Origin: Lama glama
Lineage: Eukaryota
Assembly: GCA_028534125.1 (NCBI GenBank)
Contig: CM052817.1
Coordinates: forward strand, 20,214,001-20,278,000
Reading direction: 5' to 3'
Length of the DNA: 64,000 nucleotides
The notes beneath the pieces were generated by a model that was not told the DNA's origin, did no database searches, and saw only the letters and a list, made by a program, of their open reading frames with translations. A program made the translations under genes and the position numbers. Shown in pieces: positions 24,981 through 37,544 of the stretch. Each line of letters starts with the position of its first letter. Position 1 is the stretch's first letter.

Positions 24981-26579
24981 TTGCTTACATGTGGAAAATT
25001 TTTGCTTTATTGCCTTGGCTATTCCTTTTTAAGCTGAAATATTTTACTAAATTTACATAAAGATGAAGCATAGAACTGTAATTCAGGATAAGCTGTGGAG
25101 AACATCTAGTACAGTTTTCACAATGCCCTTTTGGTTTTTCAGTAATTTCAGTCAGACTTCCTTCAAAGAGCTCTAAGTGTTTGCAGGTGTGCTATACTAC
25201 AGAGTCTTTCCAACTTAGATAGGGGAACCATTCACCCGTGATAAAAAATATGAACTATTGCAACTACTTTGTGTTGAGCATGATAATCTAACTAAATTTA
25301 AAATGAAGATACCAGTACTTCTAATTCTAGATGTTTATCAGACTTGCAAAAAAGTATAATAAAAGAAACAGAAGTAGCTTATATATATGAGACTTATAAA
25401 ATACAAATGAAATAAATTATAAAGTAGCATGGTACATTTGATAAATAGAATACTATACAATTATTAAACACAAAGAAGCTGTTCTAAGTGCCAATTTCAA
25501 AAGACTGGATTTAAGTGAAAAAATGAAAAGTGTAGAATATGTATAGTATAATCTTATTTAAAATTACAATGTATATAGTATGTTGTATTATGTATATATA
25601 AACTATATGTATATTTATCTATGTAAAGACTTTTGTAATGTTGGAAATAAGATTATCCTTATAGTTATCTCTGAATTAGGAAGTGGTTTGGGGACTAGAG
25701 GAAGTGAGATTCAAATTTTTAGCAGTTGTAGGTTCATAGCAAAATGAAGCAGAAACTACAGAGAGGACCCAGATATTTCTGAGATTTAAATTTTAGCTTT
25801 TACTTTTTTAAGATGTATTAATTTACATTTTTACTATGTGCATAAAACTTTTTTCTTAAAATCTGGTTGAAAGATGAAAAAGTTTAAAAATATGATTAAT
25901 GGGTATCAATTAAAATTCAACTAAAATGTATACAATTAAAGGGCACCAGCATCAATTAAAACAGAATCAATGCATATATCCTGTTTTGTTTGCTTTATGT
26001 ATGATATTTGAATCATTATTTTTTGGTAAAAATTCACTGTATTGTCCTTATTTCCGTTTCCTCTTCCTATTTGTTTCTACCTCTTATTATTTAAGTTTTA
26101 CATGTACAAGCACAAAAACCCTTTGATTAAAAAAAAATGAAGCAGATGTCACATAACTTCCCAGAGTAGTGATGATGGTGAAGGTAAGGGGGTGCATGGA
26201 TTAGAATTAAATATCCCAATACATAAGTATTATGCTCAAAATGCGGGTTTGATGAGTTCCATTCAGCCGAGCTAACTTTTTAATGTAAACTTGCATTCAC
26301 TTCTAAGATTCATTTCAAATACCACCCTCTCAGTGATGTGTGATCCATTACCTGTGGACAAACTTTACTCACTGCTCTCTAATTCTCAGGGCATTTATAA
26401 TCTCTATCAAAATGTGCTACTTATCTGCTGTTTCTTATTTTTTTTCCTCTGGCTATTTCCTAAGTATAAGCTCAACTATATTTGAAGTTTTCTTCTTCAG
26501 TACAGAAATCAGGACTTATATAATTTTCCTCAATATTGTTAACATTACTATCTTGACTTCCAAAATCAACTCTTGTTTT

Positions 26580-27110
26580 CTGAGAATGTCATCTGTATTT
26601 CCTCTTGCCGATCTTCCTGCTTCCCTGTAACCTGTTATTACCTGTAGTCTAAATGGGAACTACACTTAACTTGCATGCTCTTCTCCTGTGGTCATCAGAA
26701 TATATCGAAAGGTGGACATCTGTCTCAAGCTTTATGCCATGGACAAGTACAGGTTTCAGCATGTAGCTGCACCCATGCCAAGTAAAGACCGCATCTAATG
26801 CTTTTGAACTGAATTTGTTAAACCTACAGAAATGGTAACCAAGAATTTAATGTTAAAAAAAAAAAAAGGCATTGGTGGGGGGGATAAAAAACACTTAAAA
26901 AGAAGGAGTTATAAGTAGAAAGAGAGGCTAATGATGGCTAACTATTCAGATATAGTCCCTGAAATTCCGAGGATTATCTTCCTCAGGCTTCTACCAACTT
27001 AGTTGATTGGTTTGCCCTTCAATTCTTTGAATTGCTCCAGTATCTTTCAAACTAATATCTTTTATATTTCCTTCAGTAGTTTAAGTTAGATTTTTGTCAC
27101 TCTGGCCAAA
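26580..27110 (+). mobile_element. Old MaLR (MLT1-like) LTR, degenerate
   Basis: 3' end 'gtttaagttagatttttgtcactctggccaaa' and 5' 'ggtggacatctgtctcaagc' resemble late MLT1 subfamilies. Confidence 0.4.
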
Positions 27111-29749
27111 TTTGTTCAGTAATGATGTTGCCTAATTCAGAACATACACTGCATGACAACAAATGAATTTTCTTTCCTTTTTACTCTTTCATTCATCATA
27201 AATGATGTCCTATGAAAGAATACACATTCTTCAAATGCCATTAAAAGAAATCACTTGGAAATTTTTGGTGCATCAATTCAAGTGTAAGTTAGAAGTTATT
27301 GCCAAAAAAAAAAGAAGTATTTTGACACATCGAGGAATTTGATTTGAGGCTATACATACTTTTTAACAAAGAAATTAATTGCAATACCCTCTTAACTAAA
27401 GAGGTTTTTTCCTAGGTAATTTAAAATATATTTTGATCCACTGTTAATATATTAACACAATACTAGACCTGAAAAGTAATATCAAGTTATTTTTAGTTAT
27501 ACTTACTTTCTTTTTAAATGGAACTATTTTCAACAGATTTAGCATTATCAAATAGCAAAATTTATCATAAATTAAGATAACTTTTTCTTTTCACTTCTGT
27601 TTTTCTCAAAGTTCTATAGCATGTCAATACATACATTTGAAATACTGTTTTTACATAATGGACAAATTGTATTACATCTACCCTTTTGCCTAGCAGTATC
27701 TTTGAATCAATAGCATAGTGATTCCTTCTAAGTAAACATAACTAAGTAGCAGTTTTTGAACATTTTCCTTAACATACACACACACAAAATGATACACTAA
27801 TTTGACTTTCTTTAATATCTTTCTGAAACATGATATAAACACGATATAAATATAGACCATAATGGCTAGTGAGTTTTATACTATTGTTTTTGTACTTTGA
27901 TTTGGTTTTTATAATTAATATAGAAAGGAGCATGACAAGACATTAGTAATTTTGAATATAACTTTATATATTTTGACTGTGGAAAAAATTCCAAGGAATC
28001 ATAACTTTCTATTTTACTTTGCGAAGGCATAAAATTTGTATTGCTTGATGTTTATTATTTTCATTGATTTTATTCATATTGTTTATAAACTGACATTGAG
28101 ATGTAAACTTTATAAGTCTCTTTGTCAAGACAGAAACAGTCAGGATTAGAATTAGGGTAAATCAAAAAATATCACTTGGTGTAATACCCAGAATCTAGCT
28201 CCTTTTTCCCTCAAATGTCTAAAACCAAGTGACTTGTACTGTCTGTGATGTAGACTAGAGAATTCTTGAATGTCCTTATGAAAGCAAACAAACAGATAAA
28301 AAGTATAAATTGTAAAACCACAGAGAAGTGATGATGAAATATTATTATAACATAAGAAAAAATCTCAAAGATTTCGTGAACAACAAGAAAGAATTATCCT
28401 GTTCACTTTCATTTAAATTCTGATTGAGACTAATTATTATTGTTGCTTTGCAATATTAAGTAATTGAATTGAAAAGAACACTTTATTTTTTAAACTTAGA
28501 TATTAATTTGAACATTCTTTAGCTTCTCCATGTAATCTTATATTCTATCATATTTATTATAGAAAGGTATATATTTAAATGTTGTAAACAGATATTATGA
28601 ATTTCTTTATTCCCCTAATTATGACAGTTTAAGGTTATATCTTGAAAGTATTTTGTGATCATATATTTGAAAATTCAAAAGTAATCTCTGCAAAATATAA
28701 AATTGTTTCTCTTGTGTTTAGTAAAGTTTGAAAATGAGTAGTTAATGTGGGCACTTGAGTAAAGTTAAAGTTTGGAAACCTGTGGATAAAACCAAATGAT
28801 GGCAGGCAAGTTACTTGGGTAGTTTAATGATGTAGCCTAATGTTCCAATTTTGTGATTTTGTACATCTTCTGAATACTTAACTCTTTTGAATGACATCTT
28901 CCTAGTTCTAGCATGACAACGGAAGCAAAATGAGGCTATTTTGGTTGTAGCACAATTTGTCTTTTGCCAGAAAAGGGAAGAGTAAGTTCTCCTGCTAGCA
29001 TCATGAGCACAGTATGTGAATGTTTCAGTATAATTAATACAATTTTGCAATTCTGTATCAATTCAAGTAATAGAAATAATGACCCACTAGAGTCAAAATC
29101 CTAATGACAAAATTTGTTTTTATTAAAGATATTTTTATTTAATTCTATTGAATGAATGTAGGGAACATTGTTTCAGTTAAGCATTTTGGTTTAACTAAAT
29201 ATTAAATATAAATATAACATGGAACTTCCTAAGGTTCTACCTACTTGACTAAAAGAGCCAAACTCATCTTTTTCATATTCTTATCTAAGATTAAAAACAC
29301 ATACAACTTACAGATTTGCTATAGCATTTTTTTTTTGTAATAGTTACATCTTCCTCACCACCATTGCAGAATCATAGATATGTTAGGGATTTAGAGACAA
29401 TTTTATACAATTTCAAAGCAAATTTAAACACACACACATACACATACATACACACATTTCTGTTAATTCCTTAAGAGCTGATAAGAACTGCTTGATCAAT
29501 TCTAGTCATGAATAGCCTCCTATTTTTAGACAATGAATTGCATTCTTAAGAATATCTAATTATTTGAAATTATATACTTACACTGATTAAATATTTGTCT
29601 CCCTGTAAATAGTATATTGTTGATCCTAGTCTATGTATGTAGGGAAGAAGAAATAGAGACTTCTTTCACATGAGATATCTTTAAATATTTTAAGACAACA
29701 GTTTTGCTCATTAGGTCTTTATTCAGGTTAAATATCCCCCATCATTAAC

Positions 29750-29912
29750 CCTTGCTATACTGAAAGTACAGTCTGTGGATCAGAAGTATTACTAGTATGA
29801 TCAAGGAGCTTGATAAAAAGGCAAAAAGACCCCACCTCAGAAATACAAATTAGAATCCACATATCAAGATCTCCAGGTGGTTTATATGTACACTCATAGT
29901 TTGAGAACCATG
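29750..29912. mobile_element. MER5-like hAT-Charlie MITE
   Basis: 'ccccacctcaga...aattagaatccacat...caagatctccaggtggtttatatgtacactcatagtttgagaacca'. Confidence 0.75.
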
Positions 29913-29984
29913 ATCCTAAATTAATCTTCATATGTATGTCAGAGTCTTTTGAATTTTCTAAATTCCAGTTAGAGACACACAAAT

Positions 29985-31600
29985 TCCTTTTTTAAAATTT
30001 GCATTTGGTATAATTTTCATATGGTTACACGCACAGATCTCAAGTGCACAGTAAAATCAGTTTTGATAAATCCATACGCCAATGAAACCCAAGCTTCCAC
30101 ATTCCATATATAGAATGATTCCATCACCGGGCAAAGATCTCCCACTCCTCAGGTGACCACTGCACTGAACTGTCACTAAAAGCTAAGTTTTGACTGTGAT
30201 AAACTTCATGTAAATGAAATCATTCGGTAATTGGTGCTAGTCTTATTTTTACCCAGCATAATGTTTTGATATTCATCCATGTTGATACATAGATGAGTAG
30301 TTTGATCATTTGTTTCTATTGCTCAGTGGTGTTTCATTATGTCAGTATGACACAATTTGTTTATGCATTCACCTGTTGATGGATACCTGGGCTGTTTTTT
30401 CTTGTCTATTATGAATAAAGCTGCTATAAATATTCTTGTGCAGCATTCTTGGTGAACATATGTTTTCATTTCTCTTAGGTAAATAACTAGGAAGAGAATC
30501 ACTGTGGCAGTGTAAATGTATGTTTAATTTTTTCAACATGTTATTATGAAAATATTCAAGTATACAGCAAATTTGAAAAAGAATCTGCAGTGAACAACAA
30601 TACCCACCACCTAGATTCTAAATTAATATTTAAAAATACTTGCTTTATCACATATTTCTCCATTTAGGTATGTTCCTATCCAAGCATCAGTTCATTTAAA
30701 TTTTTAATAAATTTCAAAGTAAATTGCAGACATAAATTCAGTTCTCCTTCAAAACTCAGCATACAAATCACTAAATAAAGTCCTTATTTACATTCATTTC
30801 TTTTGATATAAAATTTACTCACAATGAAACGTGCATGTACATTTGTTGTGTTTTGACATGTCCAACTATCTATGTGACCCAAACCCTTGTGACATTAATA
30901 TTGCTCCAGAAAATATTCTCATTCTTCTTTCCAATCAAACTTCTTTGGCATCCTAGCAAATGCCAAAGAAGTTTTTTTTTTTTTTTCATAGCATCAATTA
31001 GATTTTCCAGTTCTGGAAATTCGTATTAAGTGAAACCTTACTGTTACGTCACTATTTTGTGACTGGCTTTATTTATTTTCATTTCATCCATTTCAAGATT
31101 CCCCTATAGTGTGTTTGTTCCTTTTTATGGCTAATTTTTTTTATACGAATAACCATAGATTTTTAGTCATTCTTCTACTGATGGAAACCTAGGTTATTTC
31201 CAGTTTTTAGCTATTATGAATAAAGTTACTAAACTTATCCATGTACTAGTTTTTTTCATTAGCATGTTTTCATTTTTCCTGAGATAAGAATTCTTAAGTC
31301 AAAGTTAGATGTATGCTTAGTTTTTATTAGAAGCTGCTAGAATTTATTTGAAAGCAGTTGCAACATTTTACTTTCTGAAAAACAATTTGAGGGATCAGTT
31401 GCTCTACATCCTTACTAACATTTGGTGTTGTCAGTCTCTTTTCTTTTTTGAGTCTGATGTGAACCATGGGTTGAGGTTCAATTCCTTTCAAAATGAATAT
31501 CCAGTTTTTCTAGCACCATTTGTTGAAGGGTTTTTTTTTTTTTTTCACTCACTCTTGGACTGCTTTGGCTCCTTTGTTGAAAATCAATTGAACATATAAA
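29985..31600 (-). mobile_element. Cluster of old L1M 3' fragments
   Basis: Repeated reverse L1 3' motifs: 'ttcatccatgttg', 'cacctgttgatggatacctgggctg', 'tatgaataaagctgctataaatattc' and 'tagcaccatttgttgaa'. Confidence 0.75.
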
Positions 31601-31935
31601 TGCATGACATCATCTTGGTTAATTAATAGGCATGTTAAAATAGTCATTGGTAACGGCAACATAACAAACAACCACTACCACAGTAAATATAGTAGAAAGT
31701 AAATACTTACTAGATTTTTCTTAGTCATCTTCTTATCTTTTAAAACCTCATAATTGTAACAAGTAGGTGCTATTTTTACCACCATGTATTATGTGATTTT
31801 TGCATTATGACTCCTATGGGTTGGTTAAAATAAAAAAAACACACAGTCTTGCAGTCTGAACATTATTTTCCAAACACTGCAGGCCACTTGTTTGTGATAC
31901 GGAAGAGATATGGAAGAGACTAAAGGAAGAGAACA

Positions 31936-33334
31936 CAGGCAGACTCAGAGGTATTGCAGGTTCGGTTCACGACCACTTCAATAAAGTGAATATCAAAATA
32001 AAGTGAGTCACACACATTTTATGGTTTCCCAGTGTATATAAAAGTAATGGTTACACTGTTCTGTAGTCTATTAAATGTGTGATAATAGCATTATGTGTTA
32101 AAACACAATGTATGTACCTTAATTTAAAAAATACATTATTGCCAAAAAATGCTTACCATCATCTGAGCAACTCAGTGACTGGTAATCTTTCTGCCAGTGG
32201 AGGGTCTTGCCTCAATGTGGATAGCTACTGACTGATAAGATGGTGGCTACCAAAGGCTGGAGGGCCTGGGGCAGTTTCTTAAAATAAGACAGCAATGAAT
32301 TTTGCTGCGGTGATTGACTCTTCCTCTGACTAATGGTTTCTCTGTATCATGTAATGCTATTTGATAGCATTTTACCCAGAGTAGAACTTTTCTCAAAATT
32401 GGAGTCAGTTCTCTCAGATCCTGTCACTGCTTTATCAACTAAATTTTTATAATATTCTACATCCCTTGTTGCCATTTCAACAATCTTCACAGCATCTTCA
32501 TCAGCAGTAGATTTTATCTCAAGAAACCACTTCCTTTGCTTGTCCATAAGAAGCAACTCTTCAGCCATTAAAGTTCTATAATGAGACTATAGAAATCAGT
32601 TACATTTTCAGATTTCACTTTTAATTTTGGTTCTCTTGCTATTTCTACCACATCTGCACTCACTTCCTCCACTGAAGTCTTGAATTCCTCAAAGTCATTC
32701 ATGAGGGTTGGAATCAGCTTCTTCCAAACTCCTGTTAATGTTGATACTTTGACCTCTTCCCACGGATCACATAAGAACAGTGGATCCTTTCCAGAAGGTT
32801 TCAATTGATTTTGCCCAGATAGATCCATGAGAGGAACCATTATCTATGGTAGGTACAGCCTTATGAAATGTATTTCTTGAATAATAAGACTTGAAAGTTG
32901 AAATGACTCCTGGACCCATGGGCTGCAGAATGGATGCTGTGTGAGCAGGCATGAAAACATTAATCTCATTGTACATCTCCATCAGAACTCTTGGGTCACC
33001 AGGTGTATTGTCAATGAGCAGTCACATTTTGACAGGGATCTTTGTTTCTGAGCAGTAACTCTCAAAAGTGGTCTTAAAATATTCAGTAAATCATGTTGTA
33101 AACTGATATGCTGTCATCAGGGCTTTGTTGTTCCATTTACAGAACATAGGCAGAGTATTTAGCATAATTCTGAAGGGCCCTAGGATTTTCACAATGGTAA
33201 ATGAGCACTGGCTTCAACTTAAAGTCACCAGCTGCATTAGTCCATAACAAGAGAGTTGTTTGTCCTCTGAAGCTTTGAAGCCAGACATCGACTTCTCCTC
33301 TCTAGTTATGAAAGTCCTAGATGGCATCTTCTTC
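31936..33334 (-). mobile_element. Tigger1 DNA transposon, 3' part with decayed DDE transposase
   Basis: TIR 'caggcagactcagaggtattgcaggttcggttc'. Minus-strand ORFs 32347-32982 encode frameshifted Tigger1 transposase pieces ([67 protein letters not shown]). Confidence 0.93.
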
Positions 33335-34589
33335 TCATATCTTGTCTTGGTATCAAAGTTTTACTTGCTTTGTAAAATAAACTCCATAGTATTACCTCTT
33401 TTTTCAATAAACTGGAATAGTTTATATTTTAGAGAATATATTTTCTTTAAAGATTTAGACAAGATAATTATTAAAATTATCTGACTCTAATGATTTGTAA
33501 AGGAAATGCTGATAAGTTTGCATTTTCCATGGTTATTATTTAATTTTATTCAATTATTTATAATTTGTAAGGAAAAAAAATTGGTTTCTTATTAAATTAA
33601 TCATTGATTTTTCTTTTAAAAAACCTCTTTTGATATTACATTCCTTTGATCTGATTTCAGGTTTTTTTTATTGATTTGTTTTAGTTTCAGTCTTTTCACC
33701 ACTTCAGGTGTTTATCTATTTATGCATATACGTATGTATTTATTTATTTTAGTAATAAGAATTGCTTGAAGTTTGCCTATTTTAACTTTTTAACAATTAG
33801 GACTTTTTAGTATTTAATTTTTATTTCAATAATGCTATTTTATTAATATTTCATAAATTAGTATTTTGTGTTATTGCTTTTAATTTTTATTTTGAATTTA
33901 GTTAACCATGCATTTTGCATAATTACTTCATCTTAATTATTTTTATGAATAACCTAGCATGCTTCTCCGTTACTTCTATTTGCTTGCCCTTTTCTTCTTA
34001 ATGCTGGATAATCTTTTTATGTTTATATGCCAAGTCCTTATTAAATATTCTGCAGGATTATTGCTGTTTCCATTAGTTATTTTTAAATCTATGCTTAACC
34101 TAATCCATTTTAATATTACTCTTTTGAGTTTTTTCTCATCCTTTTTTTTTTTTCCATGGCTTCCTCCTGTTTTAAAGACACCATTTCCCCTCACATCTAT
34201 TTCAGACACTAAGCAATATACTTTTTCCCCCCTATTTTATATAATATCTATTTTGTTGTTATAGGTGTTGTTTAGGTGTTTAGAATTGCTTTGCTTTTTC
34301 TTAGTGCTGCAGTATACTTTTTTAATATGCCTTAGATAGCTCATTATATATTTGAATATATATTGATATAATATATAATGGAGGTATCTGATCTGACCCA
34401 GTCTTCCTAGAGTGTGAGGATTGCTCTCACTCTGTGCTTGGTGTTAGTCAAATGCTCTTTCTCAGATCAGTAACTCTGGAGATGTGGGAGCGTGCAGGCC
34501 CCAAAGCAATAACTGGCTCCAGTCTCTCTATAGTGTTGGTACCTTTCATTTCACTCTTTTAAAAAAGTGGTGATCATCTTTCTGCTTTC

Positions 34590-34870
34590 GTTCTTTTGGC
34601 AAATCCTTATTCATTTTTCAAGTACCTTTTTTTTTTTGAATAATTATTTACCAACATTGGTGAGGCACCCAGTTGTAATATATGTCCCTTCACAGTCCCT
34701 TTGTACTTTTTTAAAAATTAGTTTTCACTAGTTTTCAAGTAAAGAATATAATTATTTGTATGTTCCCCAGACTGACCATGAGCAATCTGAAGAGCAGGCC
34801 TAATCCAGTTCAACAGGCAAGGTCCAGTAGCAAACAGAATGTATGACTTAAGCAGCAGCTCACTTGTATA
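34590..34870 (+). mobile_element. L2 3' fragment
   Basis: 'ggcaaatccttattcatttttcaag...gttccccagactgaccatgagc...gagcaggcc' resembles the L2 3' end. Confidence 0.5.
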
Positions 34871-36320
34871 GATGAGATTTCAGGAGGGGCCCTGGGTCCT
34901 GGAAAGATGTGTTTCAATCACAAATGGAAGTGTGTGAGAAACCTATCAGGAAACAGAATGAAGACACAAACTACACTGAGGGGCTATGAAGGATGAGTTA
35001 GGATTTAATGGTCTAGTTATAGACAACCTCCTATATGCCTAAAGGATATTCACATGATTGTCTGTAAACTACTGTACTGAAATGCTCCTCACTGTATAAA
35101 CAGTCTGAGTTCTATAAACATAATTCTTTGAAATTCCTTACTCTCTTTCTCCATCATTTTTTCTCTTTAATGGCAAGAAGAAATTTTTCTTCTTACTTTA
35201 CTTCATGCTCTGAATATAAAACAAAATAGACAAAGGGCTCTGGGACACTGGCAAGAAAATGAGATTAGGTATTACCATTTTACCTTTACTCAATTACATT
35301 ATGAATTGCTGTGTCGGAAGTAATCTGAACAGGTCTGCTATTTATAAATGCATATTTCATGAACATTACTTGTTCAAGTTAAATTAATTATTCACAACAA
35401 TATTTAAAAATAATATTTTGACAGGGATTGCAAATGCACTACCTTGTGAACTGTGGAGAATCTATTTCAGTTTTCATAACTATTCTAATGAGAATTATTA
35501 TAATGGAGTTAACTCCTGGAAGAATTAGATGTGAAAACTTGCCAACACTGCATCAATCACAATTTTAACTTTAAGCCTGTAAAATTCTCTTTAAAATATA
35601 TAACAATGAAACTTCTTTAGCTCTAGGGTTGAAAATGAACTCTGGCTGCTAAGCCATAGAGCTTAAATTGAAAACAAGATTTAACCATAATTAGCAAATT
35701 CCAGATTTGTTTCAAAGCTATTTTGCATGACTTGAAGAAAGAACCATTGTGTGGTGACTCTCTACACTCCCTTTTATTACCCAGATGGATTGCATAATTA
35801 TCCCACTCTCTACTTGATTGAGTCCTTCTAGTCATTGAACAATCAAGTAAAAACAATCCAGCTATTTGCATTACGGCCTGTATTTAGAGCTAGAAGTGCC
35901 AGGAGGCAACAGACAAAATAAACATTGTTACTAGAAAAGTGAAGGGAAATAGCAGAAAAGATAGCGAGTACTCTATTTAAAAACCATCTTATCATTGCCT
36001 ACACCTTAATTTAGATTTTATTAAAAATTGAGGGCAGGTTTTTAATTTTTATGGATTGCTTGTCATCCTGATTTTTAATACTATGTATTGTGTATCATTC
36101 TAGACATTCCAAATACAGGGAAAAAAAGAATTAGGTATAATTCATGCTCCACAGTACAGATTTTAGAGAGGGAAGAAAACATGTAATCAAATAAATACAA
36201 AACAAAATGCCATGTTCTAGAATCAAAAGGTAAAGTCTGGCATGGGAATTACAGAATAGAGGTCAAGTAAATATGGCTATGTAGTTGGGCTGTCTTCAAA
36301 GCAAAAGTGAAATAAAACTT

Positions 36321-36404
36321 CATTCTAAGTGAAGTAACCCAGAAAGAGAAAGAAAAATGCCATATGATATCACTAATATATGGAATCTTAAAAAAAAAAA
36401 AAAA
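36321..36404 (+). mobile_element. Young L1 3' fragment running into a gap
   Basis: 'cattctaagtgaagtaacccagaaagagaaagaaaaatgccatatgatatcactaatatatggaatctt' followed by an A run. Confidence 0.85.
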
Positions 36405-36904
36405 NNNNNNNNNNNNNNNNNNNNNNNNNNNNNNNNNNNNNNNNNNNNNNNNNNNNNNNNNNNNNNNNNNNNNNNNNNNNNNNNNNNNNNNNNNNNNNNN
36501 NNNNNNNNNNNNNNNNNNNNNNNNNNNNNNNNNNNNNNNNNNNNNNNNNNNNNNNNNNNNNNNNNNNNNNNNNNNNNNNNNNNNNNNNNNNNNNNNNNNN
36601 NNNNNNNNNNNNNNNNNNNNNNNNNNNNNNNNNNNNNNNNNNNNNNNNNNNNNNNNNNNNNNNNNNNNNNNNNNNNNNNNNNNNNNNNNNNNNNNNNNNN
36701 NNNNNNNNNNNNNNNNNNNNNNNNNNNNNNNNNNNNNNNNNNNNNNNNNNNNNNNNNNNNNNNNNNNNNNNNNNNNNNNNNNNNNNNNNNNNNNNNNNNN
36801 NNNNNNNNNNNNNNNNNNNNNNNNNNNNNNNNNNNNNNNNNNNNNNNNNNNNNNNNNNNNNNNNNNNNNNNNNNNNNNNNNNNNNNNNNNNNNNNNNNNN
36901 NNNN
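36405..36904. other. Assembly gap (500 N)
   Basis: Run of N. Confidence 1.
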
Positions 36905-37544
36905 GTTGTTTAAAATGGCCCCCAAGGATAATGCTGAAGTGCTGTTTATTGTTTCTAAGCCCAAGAAGGCTGTGATGTGACTTCTGGAGAAAATACAAGT
37001 GATAAGATGCATTCAGGCATGAATTGTGCTATCTGAGTTCAATGTTAATGAATCAACAATATGGTGTATCTGGAGAAAGGAAGAGGACTTTAAATAAGAC
37101 TGCTTTGAAAAGTGTTAAATTAACATGTATAGTTTCTGATGAAGCTATGGAAAAGATGGACACGTGGCTAAATTTGTGGATTCATGAGATAATAACTGAT
37201 TAAATAAGCGTAGCAGACAGCCCTGTGTGAGTTGAAAAGCCAAATATATTTGTGACCATGTTATCCAGGATCTGTTGAACTGTTAAACTCTTTTCAGCTA
37301 ATGTTTCCTCACAAAGAAACACAGCACATAATTAATCATTTCTTTGAGATGTGTATTAGGTTGGGCATGCATAACTAAAGCACACACAAGCAAGCTTATG
37401 TTTGATTGGTTGATGAACATCTGATGAGAGGCTCTCAAGAACCTAACCCCGTATCTCTGCTAGGTACAGTGGCTCTGGATTCGCTAAGTCAGCACTTGCT
37501 GATACTTAATAAACGTAACTACCACGGAAAAAGAGGATCAACTG
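36905..37544 (+). mobile_element. TcMar-Tigger element, MER82-like, with N-terminal transposase remnant
   Basis: Ends '...taactaccacggaaaaagaggatcaactg' followed by TA. The + strand encodes decayed MAPKDNAEVLFIVSKPKKAVM*LLEKIQV...EFNVNESTIW and EAMEKMDTWLNLWIHE (psq/CENP-B-type HTH motifs). Confidence 0.8.

Noticed and set aside
32347..32982. Tigger transposase-like ORFs as a domesticated TIGD1-like gene
   Set aside because: Split over three frames with stops, the 5' half is missing, and it lies inside a TIR-bounded Tigger1 fossil.
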